DNA from: Zygnema circumcarinatum SAG 698-1b
Lineage: Eukaryota > Plantae > Zygnematophyceae
Assembly (NCBI GenBank): GCA_037447605.1
Contig: CM074816.1
Location: forward strand, 2,322,525-2,386,524
DNA: 64,000 nucleotides
Direction of reading: 5' to 3'
Shown here piece after piece: positions 32,602 to 47,600 of the stretch (position 1 is the first letter of the stretch; each line of letters starts with the position of its first letter). The notes below the pieces were generated by a model. The model worked only from the letters and a program-made list of their open reading frames with translations, was not told where the DNA came from and made no database searches. The translations under genes were made by a program, and so were the position numbers.

Positions 32602-35600
32602 ATGGCAACCCCTCCCTCCCTCCTCGGGTTGCTTCTGGCGCTCCTCTCCTTCACCCTTCCCCTACGTGTGGACTCTCTCACACGTGCGGACATGGTCCCG
32701 TACGGCCCTGCGAGCGGCGACACGACGTTGCCAAGCTGCGACGACTGCATCAGTGACGCGATAGCGCTGCCCGCCGCCATGGCCTTCTTCAACAGCACGT
32801 ACATGACCCTCGGGGTCTCCAACAATGGCTACTTGACTTTTCCCACAGGCCGTTCCGAGACTAATGCGTGCGCGCCTTTCCCTTCCTCGCCTTCCCTGCT
32901 CCTTGCGGTGCTCGCGTTCTTGAGAAGTGCCTCTCATCGCTTACTTCGCTCCTTCCCCAGATTTGCCTTTTCATCGTCTGAGCTTCCCCTTGCTGGCGTC
33001 TTTCGGTTTGGCGTCTTGTGCTTTCGTTTCTTAGGCAATTTCAGATTACTTCGACCAGTTTACTTTTTTTTTTTTTTTTCTGAAAATGAGTAGCAAATGA
33101 CATGGAAAGCATATTTTGGGTGAATCCTTTGGTATAAAAAATAGACTGTAATTTTCTGGTTGCAGGTCTTACTCACCCTACCCCTACATCGCTCCGTTTA
33201 ATTACGACATAGGTGAGTGATAGGCAGCTTTCTTAATATTTTCTAATCACTGAAAGCTTCCATACCTAATTCTTTCAGCTTGAGAACATTCATTCATTCA
33301 TTCATTCTAGCATTGTGTTGATCCAGAAAATCTCCAATTGCATGCAATTTCTTTCCATTGCATTCGCTTAGAGCCATTATTCTTTCATCAACCCTTACAA
33401 TCTACTTCTGATGGCAACAAAAAACATTTGAAGACATAGAAGATCTGTGAAATGGTAGTGGCAACAATATTATTCCGTTTGACTTTCCACGCTTGAGATT
33501 GGCATGCGTCACACATTTTCATATCGTGTGTAAAAGGGCAAAAACCGAGAAATGCGTGAAAAAATACCAAATTTACACTCAAGGATCTTTTACTGAACTA
33601 TTTTTTCTGTTTCTGATTTTATTGTCTTTTCTCTCCTCTCCCTGTCGTCCTCTTAAACACTCCCATCAACTTCCTACTTCACTCCGTCACCTGCTTTGCC
33701 TCAGACACCAGGGCCTCCGGATCCGTGTCCTACAGGACGCTGAGCAGAAGCAGTAGTTCGGCGGACCTCTCACGCCTCACACAGGATGTGATGAATCTGT
33801 TTCCAACTGATGTCGAGGCTCAAAATTTTCAGCCGGATGGAGGGTTTGTGCTGTCATACATCGATGTCGGATATTGGAAGTGAGTAGGCACTCGCCGTTG
33901 TTTGACTCTGACAATTATTTCGCGTCTCCATGAATTCTTCCCTACCATCCATCTCCACTATGTATCGGCCCTATTGCAAAGTTGGTCTGTGTGGCGCCTC
34001 AGTGCTGCTTTAACGATGACAATGGAGCAGCGGAGTGGCGCTGTATAGTCCATCTTGGACTTAGTCATGCGTACAGGTTGAATCTCATATTTCGTTGAAA
34101 TTGGTTGACACTCGCAAGACTGTTCAGAGTTTGAGTTTTGCTCACAAATTGAGTTCGTTAAAGGGCACCGTTTCCTTCCTCCCAGTGCTTATCTGGTTTT
34201 TTGAAGAGTTAGGTGCTACGATGCCTAATGCAAGTAGGGAATATGGCGGCAGGACGAGTTTTAGCTTTGAAACTTTTTATGTTCTTCTTGATGATTCTGT
34301 GCGACCCGTTTTCATCCTTGGATTCAATGAGCAACAGCTTTCTTTTCCAGCACGATTTTGTTCATTCAAATGTGTGCTACAGACTTGTTCGCGACTATCT
34401 CTCCATTCTCTTGTACGTGTGCTTTTATCTTTGCAGCCAGCAGACAGATCGTCTGAACACCTTCCAAGCCTGGCTGGCATGGACCTCGTCTGCGCTCTCG
34501 CCTCGGACATTTTGCTGTTTTCTCTACCCCGAGGGTGGACTGCAATACGACAGTAAGCGAGCCTTTACTTTGAATGTCGATATCTGCAACTTTGAACTTT
34601 GAACTTCCAGATTCTCCCTTTGGGAGCGTAACAAATACTGTTTGGTTGTTTTTAACAAAAAGAGTAATGAAGGCCTCAGCTATATTTCGGTTTTATCATA
34701 CCTAAGCCGTTACATGGCGTTGTACGATATGGAGGCCGCTTGGCTGCAGCCCTGAATCCAGATTTATTTGCATGCTTTGACCCCCACAGCATGCGTGCAC
34801 GGGCGCCCTCCTCGTCTCAAGGGGTCCCTCTTGAGCGAACAAAACACCTCGCACATTTCTCATGTCCCCGGGCCCCTGAATTTGAACGACTTGCGATAGA
34901 TTAGCCGGATCCCATGCGCCTCATTGGCTCCCCCATGCATGATGACGTGGCACCATGCACCATGCACCATGCGTCATCATGCGTGCAAGGAGTAACTGTG
35001 GCACGTGGCAACCAATGGTAGGCCGGATTCAGGAATCTGCCATGTGTCCGTACGGCGGCAGACATGTCCGGGCCGTGCCGTGTCTACTCGCCGTCATGGG
35101 ATCCTCCATTACTCTTTCACTTAGATTACTTAGATTTGTTTACTGTTTGATTACCAATCAAGCGAGCTGAACAGAGGCAAAGAAGAAAGTTTGAATATTG
35201 GCCAGTTGCTGCAATTCCCCCTTTGCTCTATACCATCGCTGCTTTATATTGAATGGAAGGAGGAAAGTCTAGCGAAAGCTGACATTGTGCTTACAATATT
35301 TTAAGATAAATTCGTCACATCAGTGCCGTTACTTTTGTCGACATCGACTCATGTAAGGAGTAAGGAAATGAAACCCCGATATCGCAGTTCCTGATCCTTG
35401 AAACTCGTGCAGTACTTAGTCGAGTCTCAAATTTAACATTTTCCATCACGACTCCTAATCTCTTCTAGTGAGATACAGCATTTATTTGGCTACTTGATGG
35501 GGTGGAAGGTTAAATTCGCCTCAAATGGCGATAAGATTCACAACAACAGAATGATGTCCTGCGCATTTTCGAACACGCAAATGCTCAAGTTGTTATTTCC

Positions 35601-38600
35601 TAAAATGCTGGAAGGGAGGGAGAGAGCGAGTCCATAGGAGTGAGCAAGAGCACGGAGGAGAGAACACAAGCCTTGAAACCATACCTGACATGGCGGAATG
35701 CAGGCTATCAGAATGTAGGATACGACACACGCAACGGAGCAAATGCCGTGAATCTGTTAACATCAAGAAGCGTGTCGGATCTTCCTCTGCAATCAAATGT
35801 CAACATTCCTGGAAAGTGGTGCTTCAAATTGTCAGGTAGGGCTTTCATGCAGCTCCTATTGTAAGGTTTATCTTCTTCCAAGCAACGAGTGTATGGTAAC
35901 ATAAATATTCCACCAGAAACATTACATGCAGTGGTGACCTTTGCAAATAGTTATCTTTGTTGCAACAAATATGACATATGCAAGGTGTGCCGGAAAAACA
36001 AGCATTAAAAGATAGTATGTGACCGCAGGATTGTCATTGCAGCTGCGGCCTATTCTTATTTATAAAATCCTCGTACAGGAGTGCGTGCGCATGCGCTCCT
36101 TTCAAGGTTGCAGTTCTAACTTCAGCTTTTACGAATCGCACATGTTATAGTTACTACGCAGCGCGCACTCACACGTGCGGACATGCTCCCGTACGGCCCT
36201 GCGAGCGGCGACACGACGTTGGCGAGCTGCGACGACTGCTACAGTGACACGATAGCGCTGCCCGCGGCCATGGCCTTCTTCAACAGCACGTACACGACCC
36301 TCGGGGTCTCCAACAACGGCTACTTGACTTTTCCCACAGGCATTTCCTACACTAATGCGTGCGCGCCTTTCCCTTCCTCGCCTTCCCTGCTCCTTGCGGT
36401 GCTCGCGTTCTCGAGAAGTGCCTCTCATCGCTTACTTTGCTCCCTCCCCAGATTTGCCTTTTCATCGTCTGAGCTTCCCCTTGCTGGCATTTTTCGGTTT
36501 GGCTTCTCGTGCTTTCGTTTCTTAGGCAAAATCAGATAACTTCGGCCAAGGTTTTTTCTTTTGTTTTTCTGTCTTTGAGAAGCAGAAGACAAGGAAAGCA
36601 TATTTGGGTGAATCCTTTCGTATAAAAAACAGACTGTAATTTTGTGGTTGCAGGTCCAGCTCAGCCTACCCCTACATCGCTCCGTTTAATTACGATACAG
36701 GTGAGTGATAGGCAGCTTTCCTAATATTTTCTAATCTCTGAAAACTTTCCATACCTAATTCGTCAGCTTAAGGACTAGCATTTTGTTGATCCATTATATC
36801 TCCAATTGCATGCAATTCCTTTCCATTGCATTCGCTTAGAACCATTATTCTTTCATCAACCCTTACATCATCTACTTCTGATGGCAACAAAAAACGTTTG
36901 AAGACATCAAAGCTCTGTGAAATGGGAGTGGAAACAATATCATTCCGTTTGACTTTCCATGCTTGAGATTGGCATGCGTCACACATTTTCCTGTTGTGTG
37001 TAAAAGGGCGAAAAACGAGAAATGCGTGAAAAAGTACCAAATTTACACAAGGATCTTTTACTGAACTGTTTGTTTTTTTGTTTCCGTTTGTTTGTCTTTT
37101 CTCTCCTCTACTTTTCTTCCCTTATACACTCTCATCATCTTCCTACTTCTCTCCGTTCACCTGCTTTGCCTCAGACACCAGGGCCTCCGGATACGTGTAC
37201 TACAGGACGCTGAGCAGAAGCAGTAATTCGGCGGACCTCTCACGCCTCACACAGGATGTGATGAATCTGTTTCCAACTGATTTCGAGGCTCAAAATTTTC
37301 AGCCGGATGGAGGGTTTGTGCTGTCATACATCGATGCGGGATATTACGAGTGAGTAGGCATTCGCCGTTGTTTGACTCTGACAATTATTTTGCGTCTCCA
37401 TGAATTCGTCCCTACCATCCATCTCCCCTCCATGTATCGGCCCTATTGCAAAGTTGGTCTGTGTGGCGCCTCAGTGCTGCTTTAACGACGAGAAGGAGCA
37501 GCGGAGTGGCACTGTATAGTCCATCTTGGACTTGGTCATGCGTACAGGTTGAATCTCATATTTCGTTGAAATTGGTTGACACTCGAAAGACTGTTCAAGT
37601 TTGAGTTTGCTCACAAATTGTTAAGGGGCACCGGCACCCTGTCTCCCAGTGCTTATCTGTTTCTTTGAAGAGTTAGGTGCTACGATGCCTAATGCAAGTC
37701 CTGAATATGGCTGCAGGACGATTTTTTAGCCTTGAAACTTTGTCACGTTTGTTGAACAGCAAAGTAGGAGTCGGTGCCCGTCTGCACGTAAGGCATTTGT
37801 TCTTTTTGATGATTCTGTGCGACCCGTTTTCATCCTTGGATTCAACGAGCAACAGCTTTGTTTGCCAGCACCTTTGTGTTCATCCAAATGTGTTCTACAG
37901 ACATGTTCGTGACTACCTCGCCATACTCTTGTAAGTGTGCTTTTGTCTTTGCAGGCGGGGTACAGATCGTCTGAACACCTTCCAAGCCTGGCTGGCATGG
38001 ACCTCTTCTGCGCTCTCGCCTCGGACATTTTGCTGTTTTCTTTACCCCGAGGGTGGACTGCAATACAACAGTAAGCGAGCCTGCACTTTGAATGTCGATA
38101 TCTGGAACTTGGAAATTTGAACTTCCAGACCTCCCTTTGGGAGCTTAACAAATACTGTTTGGTTGTTTTTAACGAAAGAATAATCAAAGCCTCAGCTATA
38201 GTTCGGTTTTATCATACCTAAGCGGTAAGCGGATGGCGTTGTACATTGTGGAAGCCGCGTGGCTGCAGCCCTATTATATAGAATCTGGATCACGTGGATC
38301 CAGATTTATTAGCATGCTTTGAGCCCCACAGCATGTATGCACGATCGCCCGCCTTGGCTCAAGGGGTCCCTCATGAGCGAACAAAACACCTCGCACATTT
38401 CTCATGTCCCCCGGCCCCTGAATTCGAACGACTTGCGATAAACCGGATCACATGTGGCAGGCGGACGGCCCCTCTCAGAGGGCCCTCTCCGAAAGGAAGA
38501 ATGCCCTGCTTGCTGCCAATCACAGAGGGCCACGTGTGTGGGCCCTCGGTGATTCTGCTCATGATCATGTGATCATGCTTTGTCGAACACGCAAATGCAT

Positions 38601-41600
38601 AAGTCAATTTTTCCCAAAAAGCTGGAAGATAGGCAGAGAGCGAGTCCATGGGAGTGTGCAAGTGCACGGAGGAGAGAATACAAGCCCTGAATCCATACCT
38701 CACATGGCGGAATGCAGGCTATCAGAGTGTAGGATACGACACACGCAACGGAGTGAATGCCGTGAATCTGTTAGCATCAAGAAACGTGTCGAATCTTCTA
38801 TTCCAATCAAATGTCAACATTCCTGGAAAGTGGTGCTTCAAATTGTCAGGTAAGGCTGCCATGCAGTTTCTCTTGTAATGCTTATCTTCTTCCAAGCAAA
38901 AAATGTATGGTAACAGCAAAATTTCACCTGAAACATTAAAGTGCCGTGGTGACCTTCGCTGCTTTTGTACAAATTGTTATCTTTGTTGCAACAAAAGTGA
39001 GATCGCGAGATGACTGCCTTTGCTTGGTTTTAGCTCAGTCTAGCTGTGTGAAGCCAATAAAGTGCATAGTGATGCAACGTATGGCGACAAACATCAAATG
39101 GCATGATGGCATGTGACTGCAGGATTGTCATTATTTTTTAGAGTCCTCGCACAGTAGTTGAGGATCTACATTACAATGGCAAGAACAGATCCATAATAAA
39201 ATGACTTTATCTTGTTGTGAAGGTGTCCTATTTAAGAAATAGCTTCTGCTAAATTGTATAGATCACCTTAACCAATTTGATCAAACAAGCAACAAAAAGA
39301 AAAAGGAAATGATTTCATAACGCGAAAATATTAAAATTTGGCAGTTTGAATTTTTCAGCTTGTCAATACAGTTACATTTTTTCATTTTTCTCCACTGCAG
39401 TTCCCACACCGAGTCCGCCGCCGATTCGACCGCCTCCGCCATCACCTCCATCTCCGCCCCCTCCAAAGCCGCCTCCATTTCCGCCTCCTCCGAGGCCGCC
39501 TCCACCTCCGCCTTCTCTAAGGCCGCCTCCATCTCCACCTCCTCCGAGGCCGCCTCCATTTCCGCCCCCTCCGAGGCCGCCTCCACCTCCGCCTTCTCTA
39601 AGGCCGCCTCCATCTCCGCCTCCTCCGAAGCCGCCTCCATCTCCGCCTCCTCCGAGGCCGCCTCCATCTCCGCCTGCTCTACGGCCGCCTCCATCTCCGC
39701 CTCCTCCACGATCACCGCCACCTCGACCTCCCCCAAGGCCGCCACCCCCGCCACTTTCTCCGGACGGTAATGGAAAGTTATAAAGATTGTCGCTTTCCTT
39801 TGTTTTTTATCTCTATCTTGTTTTTGGTTGCACAAACATTAGTCATCGTCAAAAAAATACTACCTTTGGAGAAAATCAGTTCTCCCCACGTGTCTTTTGA
39901 TCATTATGTGAGAAAGGTTTGCTGGCTGAGCGCTAGAAGCATCACGAGGACAGCAAATCAACCATACAAAATGCACTGTTCAATACTAAGATGGAAGAGA
40001 GTACAGTCACTCATCGGTCTCGTTCAGATCTGCTGCTTGAGCCTGCTCTCCCGATGCTTATTGAGCTTACTGCGTGGCTTCAAGCTAGTTTAAGACTTTC
40101 TCTATGGCTGTCTTCTGCCAATCGGTACAGTCGTTGCTCTTTTGGAGTTCAAGAGGGCGATCGCAAACGACGTCCTTAGTAACTGGAAGCTAGAGAGCCC
40201 TGTATGCAACTGGGACGGTGTAGGATGCACCACAACTTTGCCAAAAAGAGTCAACAAACTGTAAGAGATCCTTCCTTGTCACCTCTTTATTCTTCTAACG
40301 TGATTTTTAAGTATGAAGAAAATGTTTATTTTGGTTATTTAAGAAATAGGAGTACAAACTTGGATTGCCTTCGACTAAAAGAAACGAACTGAAAAAATAG
40401 GAGAATGATAGACCCTCCCCCCTTTTGGATATCCCCTCCCCTTTTCAGGAAATTTCAAACTTCCATTTTGGCTATCCACTCCCCCTGTTTTGGGTTTTTT
40501 GGGAGAAGATATCCCCTCCCCTCCCCTCCCTTGCCCTCCCCTCCCCTGCCCTCCTCTTCGCTCCTCTTCACGGTTTCCAATGTCCACAGAAATGCTACCA
40601 ACTGTGTATGAGACTCGCTGCGATGAGCTCGTACAAGTCATGACCGAGCAACAAAAGCATGAAGGATTTCACATCAAGATCGGCATCAGAAATTGAAAAT
40701 CCAACTTAGTTGAAGAGTCTCCTTGGTAATGAGTCTGTGTGGAGGTCATGAAGAGAACAAGAGAGAGACAAACAGAAAAGGCTCTGCTCTTTAAGACAGA
40801 AAAAAAAAAGGGAATACTACTGAGAACTAATGCCTGAGGAAGAGTGTCACCTATTATGTTTGAAGTGATGAAACTCTCGTTGAGAGAAACAGAACTTCCT
40901 AAGACAGGCATCTGAAGTGCGTGTCTCGCTTTTGACAGCTTGTTGCCAGGAGGTAATCTGGTCAGTCCGCTGAACGGCACGATCTCACCCTCTATCGGCA
41001 GCCTTGCAGCTTTGGAAGAATTGTGAGCACCTCTTCCCCTTATCGATCTTCGATAGCCAACTTTGGCAAAGGCAAGCGAATAATTTTGTGCATGTCTGCA
41101 AAATCTGTACTTGAAACCTCCGTATACTTGGGTGCATGCTGCCCACTCCTAACTATCTTTGTTGTGGACGTACCATCGAGCAAGCCACACGAACTTTCTC
41201 ATGTCCACAAGAAAGGCATGAAAGGCATGGGTCACGAGTTCTGTGCGGAAACTGGTTTGACATGTGAATATACCAGCAAATTATGTGTAGGGTTTGATCA
41301 TTTCTCTTGGGTTTTGTAAGACTTTTAAAGGAATTTTGTTTCCAAGAAGATAAAGTTGAACGTGCATGCCTGCATTCGCTGTCGCACCTGCCGTTCTTGC
41401 TCGTTCCTGCCAACGATGTGGACAGATGTGCCTTTTTTTGATTGAGCCTAAGACTCACACATGTTTGAGTCAACATTGACATGTTAGTCGTACCCAGGAT
41501 TATGGCTTCATGGAGTGCATGAAAAATGAGCTACAAAGAATTTCGTCACTTAATCTGTGCTGGGTAACTTGGATGTCTCCAAAGGCACAATCAAATTTCG

Positions 41601-44600
41601 AATCTGTGACCTAAATCTGTCATATGAAAAGTACTCTACGGAGTTTGTTTTCCATATTTGTACCCTCTAGCTACGCAAATGCCACTACCTTATGCTCAGA
41701 TTCAATGTCGCAGGGATTTGTCGAACAACGAACTCAGCGGCGTCATTCCGGACACACTTGGCCAACTTCAGAATCTGAAAAAATTGTGTGTGATATTCAC
41801 CTTTGTTTTCTGTTTTGAAATGGAAAAAGTGTGATATAGTCTGCGACAAAGGACGATCATGGACGTCTTCCCTGCCATTGAGCCTATTTCGTTTTCATTT
41901 CTCAAAATCGGTCACTTTTATCCTGTGCTTGCTTCGACAGAATTATTTTTATTCGATTAATTTGTTTACTATGGGTGACCTTCGCTATGGCAGGACTTTG
42001 TCCTATAATAAGTTGACAGGCGTTATTCCCTCTTCATTCAACAACCTCACCTCTCTGACGGAGTTGTAAGTGCCGAGTTGACTGCCCGACCAAGATGAGT
42101 GCCCACGTTTCTGCTGTGTGTTAAGAAAAGCTTGCAACCTTCAACTGTTTAATCGAGTGGCATTTCAATCCTGCGGATATGATATTAGTCAGTGCTTCAA
42201 CGAAGGAGAATCAACCATATCCACTGAAACGGATCGGATTGACGTTGACTTGTGGCTGCTTTCTTGCAGATCATTGTCAGTAAATCGGCTTACTGGGAAG
42301 ATGCCCGCTTCCTTCGAAAATCTAACGTCTCTTTCGATACTGTGAGTGTCATTCTGGTCTTCACTAATTTACTTGGCTGTTTCAAAAAATACTGTTTTTT
42401 TTCGTCATGTAATAAAAAGTCATAGTTCAGCAGCTGTACAGCAACTTACTGGATGCAGATATCTTATCACAAGTGATAGCAATTGAAAACGACCAAGCAT
42501 TCTCACTGCAGTTCTATGACGGAATGAACAGAGAACTGGAGACTCTAATGAGAGAGGCTTGAGGATGAGAGGCATGAGAGGTTTTGGATTCAATCATTTT
42601 TTACTCACGTAAGAGTTCTGTGTGCATGGTAGTTCAAAGTTTTTGAAAACTAGGAGTTGATTGATGAAGCATTTAATCAAGGTTTCCTAAACACATGGGG
42701 CGCACCACTTTGGAAGACTCAGGTGACTGATTGTTCGTATTTTGACTCTCAAATAGAACATGGTGGGTCCACAGAAACTTCGGAAGCAATCAGCTGAGCG
42801 GTTCAATCCCTGCTTCAATTGGCACACTGAGGGGCCTCAAAGAACTGTGAGTCATTCTGCTTGAATCTCTGTCATTATCGCAATAATCTTATCCACGGCT
42901 AGAAAGGGATTCTGTGGCATTTACACGACAATGAGAATATCTCGTTGTTAATCTCTTGTCTTGATGTCGGTGCACAAATTTTCGCTGCAATTTGCAATGG
43001 CCAAATTTGTATCCTTATTTTTCTGTTGTGTCTTCTCCGCGGCTGATGTGGCAGGCGCTTGTCAAATAATCGATTGACTGGAACGATTCCAACAACTTTT
43101 GGAGGGCTCTTATCCATTCGGAGCCTGTGAGTTAGCTGAACAATAAATTCATTGATCTGAATGACAGTCGAGATAGATGAAGACTAGTAGCCCATTATGA
43201 CGACTTACAATAAAAATGTAGAAAGTAGGACTGTCACACTTGGCATTTTCCTTTTTAGCATTAACTGGGGTCCTCTCACCGTCACAGAAAAATCACTAGA
43301 ATTGAAGACGGACAATCGGACTTCAGGAAGCTGGTACACGATTGAGATTTGTTAATTTTCCTGCAGGTCTTTAGCAAAGAATCTTCTCATCGGCCCAATC
43401 GTGTTTGACTTCGGACTACTCGAAGACGTGTCCTTGAGCTTCGACGACAATTACTTTTCGGGTGAACTTTCGATTACTGTGAATGGTGCGCCACAGAACT
43501 GCGCTGGAATTAACTACAACTGTTTTGCTGATTTAGATGCGAACTGCGATGCGCAAAAACGCGATGACGATTCCTGCAACAACTTCTGCAATGCAAGACA
43601 GCCGCAGGGCGCGTGTGGTGGGAACGGGTACTGCTCTTATAATGGAAGCCAGCCGACCTGCACTTGCGATACTGGGTACAACATCACCTCAGATACGAAC
43701 ACTTGTGTTTTTGGTGAGATCTCGACTATGATTTCGATTTCGGTGTGGGCTATATTAAGATTCACATTCTTCTCGCTTGTAGCCCAGTAGAGGGTAAATG
43801 TTTGAGGATTTTCCAAAATGAGCATCTAAGATGTCCCTTTTGCAAAGAAGGTATGCGATGCAGCTTCATTCCTCATTTCTAAGCAATCTGGGGAAGGCCG
43901 CGCGCACCCAAATGTAGGTAAATAAAAGGATAATTGATAGCTTTGCATCCATAAAACTATTCTGCTTGTGCATTTCGCGGTTGGGTTATCTTCTTATTAA
44001 CTGATGGAGGAACCCATGTTATTCAGCAGAAATCCTTTCTGAAATTTTGCATTGCTCCTGTCGATCTTTAGGGGGACGAGGGTTCGGCTTAAACACGAGC
44101 CTCCCCATCACACCATATGCAAAACTGAACCGATATTTTCGATATGCGACAACGGGATACTTGAGAAGGAGGAGTGGCAAGGCGTCGTGGCAGGTGGCCA
44201 TCGCCTGGAATTGGACGGAGGAAGGAGCCGTCCAAGGCGTCAAGGATCAAGGAAGCTGCAGTGAGTGCTCAGCTTCTGCTTCAGCATTTGAAGGACCTAA
44301 CTCATTATGGCTGTATTGCCATTCTACAAATATGAACCAGGCGGACATGTATCTCAAAATCACTCTACATTGCATGCACTTGGTCCTCAACAACCTCGGC
44401 ACAACTTTTCTATAGAGATGTTTTTACTTATCTTTAGTTAGGCAGAGACATCGGGTCAAACTGGTTTTCGCCGTTTGAGGCATTTTAGAGAAGGATGATG
44501 ACTTAGGACATGGAGAACTCAAATGCATGTCAGGATTCATGTCGCTGCTTTCTTGCAGGCTCTTGTTGGATATTTTCTTCTATATCTGCCATTGAAAGCG

Positions 44601-47600
44601 CAATTTTCATCGTCAACGGTGGAAACCTTCCGCCCCCGCAGTTGGCAGAGCAGCAGCTCCTGAGCTGCTCCTCCACCGGCAAGACCTGCGCGTCCGGGGG
44701 ATGGCCCCAGGAGGCGCTTGACTATGCCGCCAACAATGCCCTCACTTTAGCAACGAATTTCACGGGGCAAACGAGCTGTGGAAAGGTACAAAAACCTCTG
44801 CTGAAATAAGAGCTGGCCAAGGAGATAGACAAAAGAGTGACCTGCACAGCAGCAAAGCAATTGTTTTCCTTGGTAGCAATTTCAGCTCATCCTTTTTTGT
44901 ATACCAGTCTGCGTGAAGGAAAAGAAGAGCACAAACTGAAGATGCTTGGATTCCTTCAGTTTTCTCTCTCCTTCATGGCAGGACTTTGTGCATAATTAGG
45001 AAAAACTTCTTCATAAAGATTTATTTGACCTATAATGGGTGTGTAACTTGCAGGGTGATAACAGGTTTAAAATTACATCGTTTGAGCAAGTGGCCTTCAA
45101 CGGCTGGCTGGGCTTACTGCTCATTCTGCAGCAGCAACCGGCCATTGTGAATATTGAAGCGAGCAGTTCCAACTTCATCAACTACAACGGAGTAATGACA
45201 ATATAGTTCACTTCATGGCCCTGCTGGAAACTCATCGATTCTTTATTTCATTTTGATCCTCTGCCATTTAGGAAACGACCTTGCTTCTATTTTCCCAAGA
45301 CGCTCACGTGATTGACTCTTAATTGTTGGCATCAGTGACATCACCTACTAACTACTTTTCCGATATTCATCTGGCAGCACTCATTCCTACAGCAAAATTC
45401 CTTGCGTTGCAGGGGGTGTTTGACGATGAAGACTGCTTTTCCAACGGAGTGGATCACAGCGTGGTGGTGGTCGGATACGACTTGAGTGCGGATCCACCAT
45501 TTTGGATCATCCGCAACTCGTGGGGCCAAAACTGGGGCGAGCAGGGCTACATGCGCCTCAAAATATCCGCCGGTTTGGGGACATGCGGGATCAACAGCCT
45601 TCCGGCACTTATGCCTGTAGTAAAGTCTGCAGGTGAGATGGATTTGTCGTTTTCATTCACGATCTTCAACTTTCATCACCGTGGCATTTGACGTTGTAGC
45701 TGTTTAGCCTAGCTCGAACTGGCTAGCTCGCTTAGCTTAGCTAAGCGTGAACTATGCGAAAGAGCTGATGGTACACGCAACATGCTTGCAATGCGCAAGG
45801 CTAAGACTGTCCTTGTGATTGTCCCATCAATTCTAATCAACCTCCGGATGAAATCACACAGCTAAACGGCCAGTTAGTCGAGAGGATGGTGATATTTCTC
45901 TAGCTCATTAAAATGAAACCATGTTCGCTTTTCTTTTTCTGAGTTTCGCGACCATTGCACCGCTCCATTCTCAGCTTCTAGCAAGGAATAAATATTGATC
46001 TTGTTCGTACTCTCGTGTCTGGTGAATGCAGACGATGATCCATGCTTTACGAGAAACTATGCCAGTACAGTGCTTATGACCACAAATGGACCAGGTACAA
46101 TGAACCCGTGCGGAAATGGTGTGTGTACTGTGAATGGTACTACGAACCAATGTCGCTGTTCGGCAGGATTCGTGGCAGTGACTAACAGCGACAACTCGCA
46201 AACATGTGCACCACGTGGGTGATCAATTCCATGAAATAGATGTTCATGTCCGTTCATGTTTGTTCAATGAATTAACCTTCGAAAGTCTTTTTCATCAAAT
46301 GGTATACAACTCCGTGCATCTCTGACCAACGCGTATGCATGTAACTACCCAGACCAATGACGGATAGTATAATTGCTTTTCACGTTTGAGTTCCATTTGA
46401 CTTCAATGCAAATTTTTATCAAACGATCAGGAAAGCGCTTAATTGTTGCTACTTGTGATTCAAATTACTAGTAAATAACCGTATGAGTGTCTCCTGTGGA
46501 GCAGTCTCCCCCTGCACTTTTGCTGCAAGCAACCCCTGCGGCGTGGGGACGTGTCTCAATGCGGTGGCGACACCTGGCGCGTACGCCTGCGCGTGCCCGC
46601 TGGGATATGCTGCCGACTCGCCGGATGGCATCCTCACATGCGTGCCAGGTCAGATCTCCGTTCTTTCTAAAACTGATGAAAATTCTTAAGCAAGGTCATG
46701 TTTCAATTTCACATTAAGAGAGCGTTATAGCGATGTGATCGAACGAAAATTTCTTCTTGATTTGAAGAACATGGAAGATGACCCGAATTATGACGACACT
46801 ACTACCTAAACAATATCACGACTGTGCTATCACTTTTAACTTCTTCTTTTTTCTAGGAAAAGGAAGTAATCGTTTCTGAGGCCATTCTAACTCAAAGCTC
46901 TGATTGGTTTGGGTGTCGCCTTCAGCCGCAATAGCTACAAGATTGCAGTCCTTTACCGTGCCAGCCGGCGCCAACATGAGTTGCTACGACATATTTATCT
47001 TGTATGGCATCAAGGCCGACGTTTTCTCAGCCCAAAATAAGGTCAGTGAGAGAGCGCACATCCTCTCACAACAACTTATCGTCTCACTTTCCTTGGATCT
47101 ACATCTAGGAAAGGCTACGGGTTGGTGTTTCTAGCCTCTTTCTTCGTCTTTTACGCTCTCATTGTGCTCATATTTGGTTCGATGTTTCACAATCTCTTGT
47201 GCGTTTTTCAGAGGCTGAACTGCCTATTGCCCTTGCCGGGAGGTACGGTGGTGAATGTCACCAATTACGGAAACTGCTCTGTGGTGTACGCTGTCAATGA
47301 GGTCAGCCTCCGTACTGCTTCCCCAACTTTTTCTCGTTAAGATCTCCTCTTGATTTTTTCCCTCCAACTTTAATGTTTCACTCATGATCGAAGGTGCGCT
47401 GACAGTTACCTTCTCAAATTTTCCTTCCTTCAGGGTGACACGTGTGACGCAATTGCAGCATATTTCAACGTTACATCTATATATGGTCCAGGATCTCCCA
47501 ATCCGGACTTAAGCTGCTCGCAGCTTCGACCTTTCCAGCAGGTACAGCCTCTGAACGTGGAAGGAGTTAAGCTCAATGTTTAACATGTTCAGTTCAGTGA

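Noticed and set aside
32845-32856. Possible GC-AG intron donor (acaG|GC) in the NIDO exons
   Set aside because: A canonical GT donor at 32868 (and 36359) gives the correct phase for the next exon.
39360-39770. Ala/Ser-rich ORF resembling an antifreeze or mucin protein (also 8968-9231)
   Set aside because: It is an alternative frame of the Pro-rich exon; splice phases support the Pro frame.
41117-41600. About 490-bp intron segment present only in gene copy 2
   Set aside because: I found no TIR, TSD or coding signal, so I could not tell insertion from deletion or assign a function.
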